DNA of 63,706 nt, the filler included, from Sphaeroforma arctica JP610 (taxonomy: Eukaryota): assembly GCF_001186125.1 (NCBI RefSeq). It is 7 parts of 2 records of this genome, joined end to end, with 100 filler letters (N's around TTAATTAATTAA, not from the genome) between each part and the next. Parts side by side here need not be neighbours in the genome. Positions count along the whole stretch, not along the records: positions 61,185 to 63,706 come from NW_014040538.1; 6 more parts are not named here. One strand, 5' to 3'. Position 1 is the stretch's first letter. Every line of letters starts with the position of its first letter. Below the pieces are notes generated by a model. The model saw only the letters and a list, made by a program, of their open reading frames with translations. It had not been told where the DNA came from and searched no databases. Position numbers and translations under genes: made by a program. Shown piece after piece: positions 62,815 to 63,706 of the stretch.

Positions 62815-63706
62815 CCGAAACCCATTCACCTTAGACCTGAATTCAATATCCACAAGCCCACAGCCAAGCACCTCATATTTGAACCTAATCATCCTATACC
62901 TCAACCCATTCACCTTAGACCTAACAAAATTCACCTTAGACCGATTAGTTCACCTTAGACCTAACCCCTTCCACCCTAGACCTAAACCCATTCACTATAC
63001 CTAAGCTCATTCATATAAGACCTATGCCCTTTCACCTTAGACTTAAGCCCATTCACCTTAGACTTAAGCCCATTCACTTTAAACCTAAGCCCATCAACTT
63101 TAGACTTAAGCCCGTTCACCTTAGACCTAAGCCCATCAACCTTAGACTTAAACCCATTCACCTTAGACTTAGGTCCATTTACCTTTAGACTTAAGTCCAT
63201 TTACCTTAGACCTAAGCCCAACAACCTTAGCCTTAAGCCCATACACCTTAGACCTATGCCCATTCACCTTAGACTTAATTCCATTCACCTTAGACCTAAG
63301 GCCATCAACCTTAGCCTTAAGCCCATTCACCTTAGACTTAAGTCCACTTACCTTAGACTTAAGCCAATTCACCTTAGACCTAAGCCCATCAACATTAGAC
63401 TTAAGCCCATCAACCTTAGACTTAAGTCCATTCACCTTAGACTTAAGCCCATTCACCTTAGACTTCAGTCCATTCACCTTAGACCCAAGCCCATCAACCT
63501 TAGACTTAAGCCCCTTCACCTTAGACTTGAGTCCATTCACCTTAGACCTAAGCCCATCAACCTGAGACGTAAGCTCATCACCTTAGACTTAAGCCCATCA
63601 CCTTAGACCTAAACTCCATTCACCTTAGACCTAAACTCATTCACCTTAGACCTAAGACCATTCGCCTTAGAGTTAAGCCCATCACCGTAGACTTAAGCTC
63701 GTCACC
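62815..63706. repeat. 21-bp satellite
   Basis: CCCATTCACCTTAGAC(T/C)TAAG repeated to the window end. It accounts for the KSKVNGL and PIHLRLK ORFs. Confidence 0.95.

Overview
Eukaryotic, intron-rich draft DNA rich in microsatellites and minisatellites. The gene content is opisthokont-like, but the organism cannot be fixed from the sequence. Six 100-nt N gaps carry an artificial TTAATTAATTAA linker, so the window is at least seven independent pieces. Reconstructing GT-AG exons by hand gives partial FBXW7/Cdc4, dolichol kinase, protein O-mannosyltransferase (PMT/POMT) and C3orf33-like genes, plus a complete 4-exon DUF1761 gene. There is also an intronless GT47 (exostosin-family) glycosyltransferase, a small protein with a hevein-like domain and a U2 snRNA. 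Positions 30.4-41.5 kb hold decayed LTR retrotransposons. Two signals stand out. (1) A Ty1/copia element has a Dam/DIRS-type DNA adenine methyltransferase-like domain inserted between the HH and CC halves of its integrase zinc finger, while a neighbouring copia has the normal compact finger. (2) Across several genes, intronic tandem repeats and decayed 'echoes' are copies of the adjacent splice junction or exon, creating arrays of decoy splice sites.
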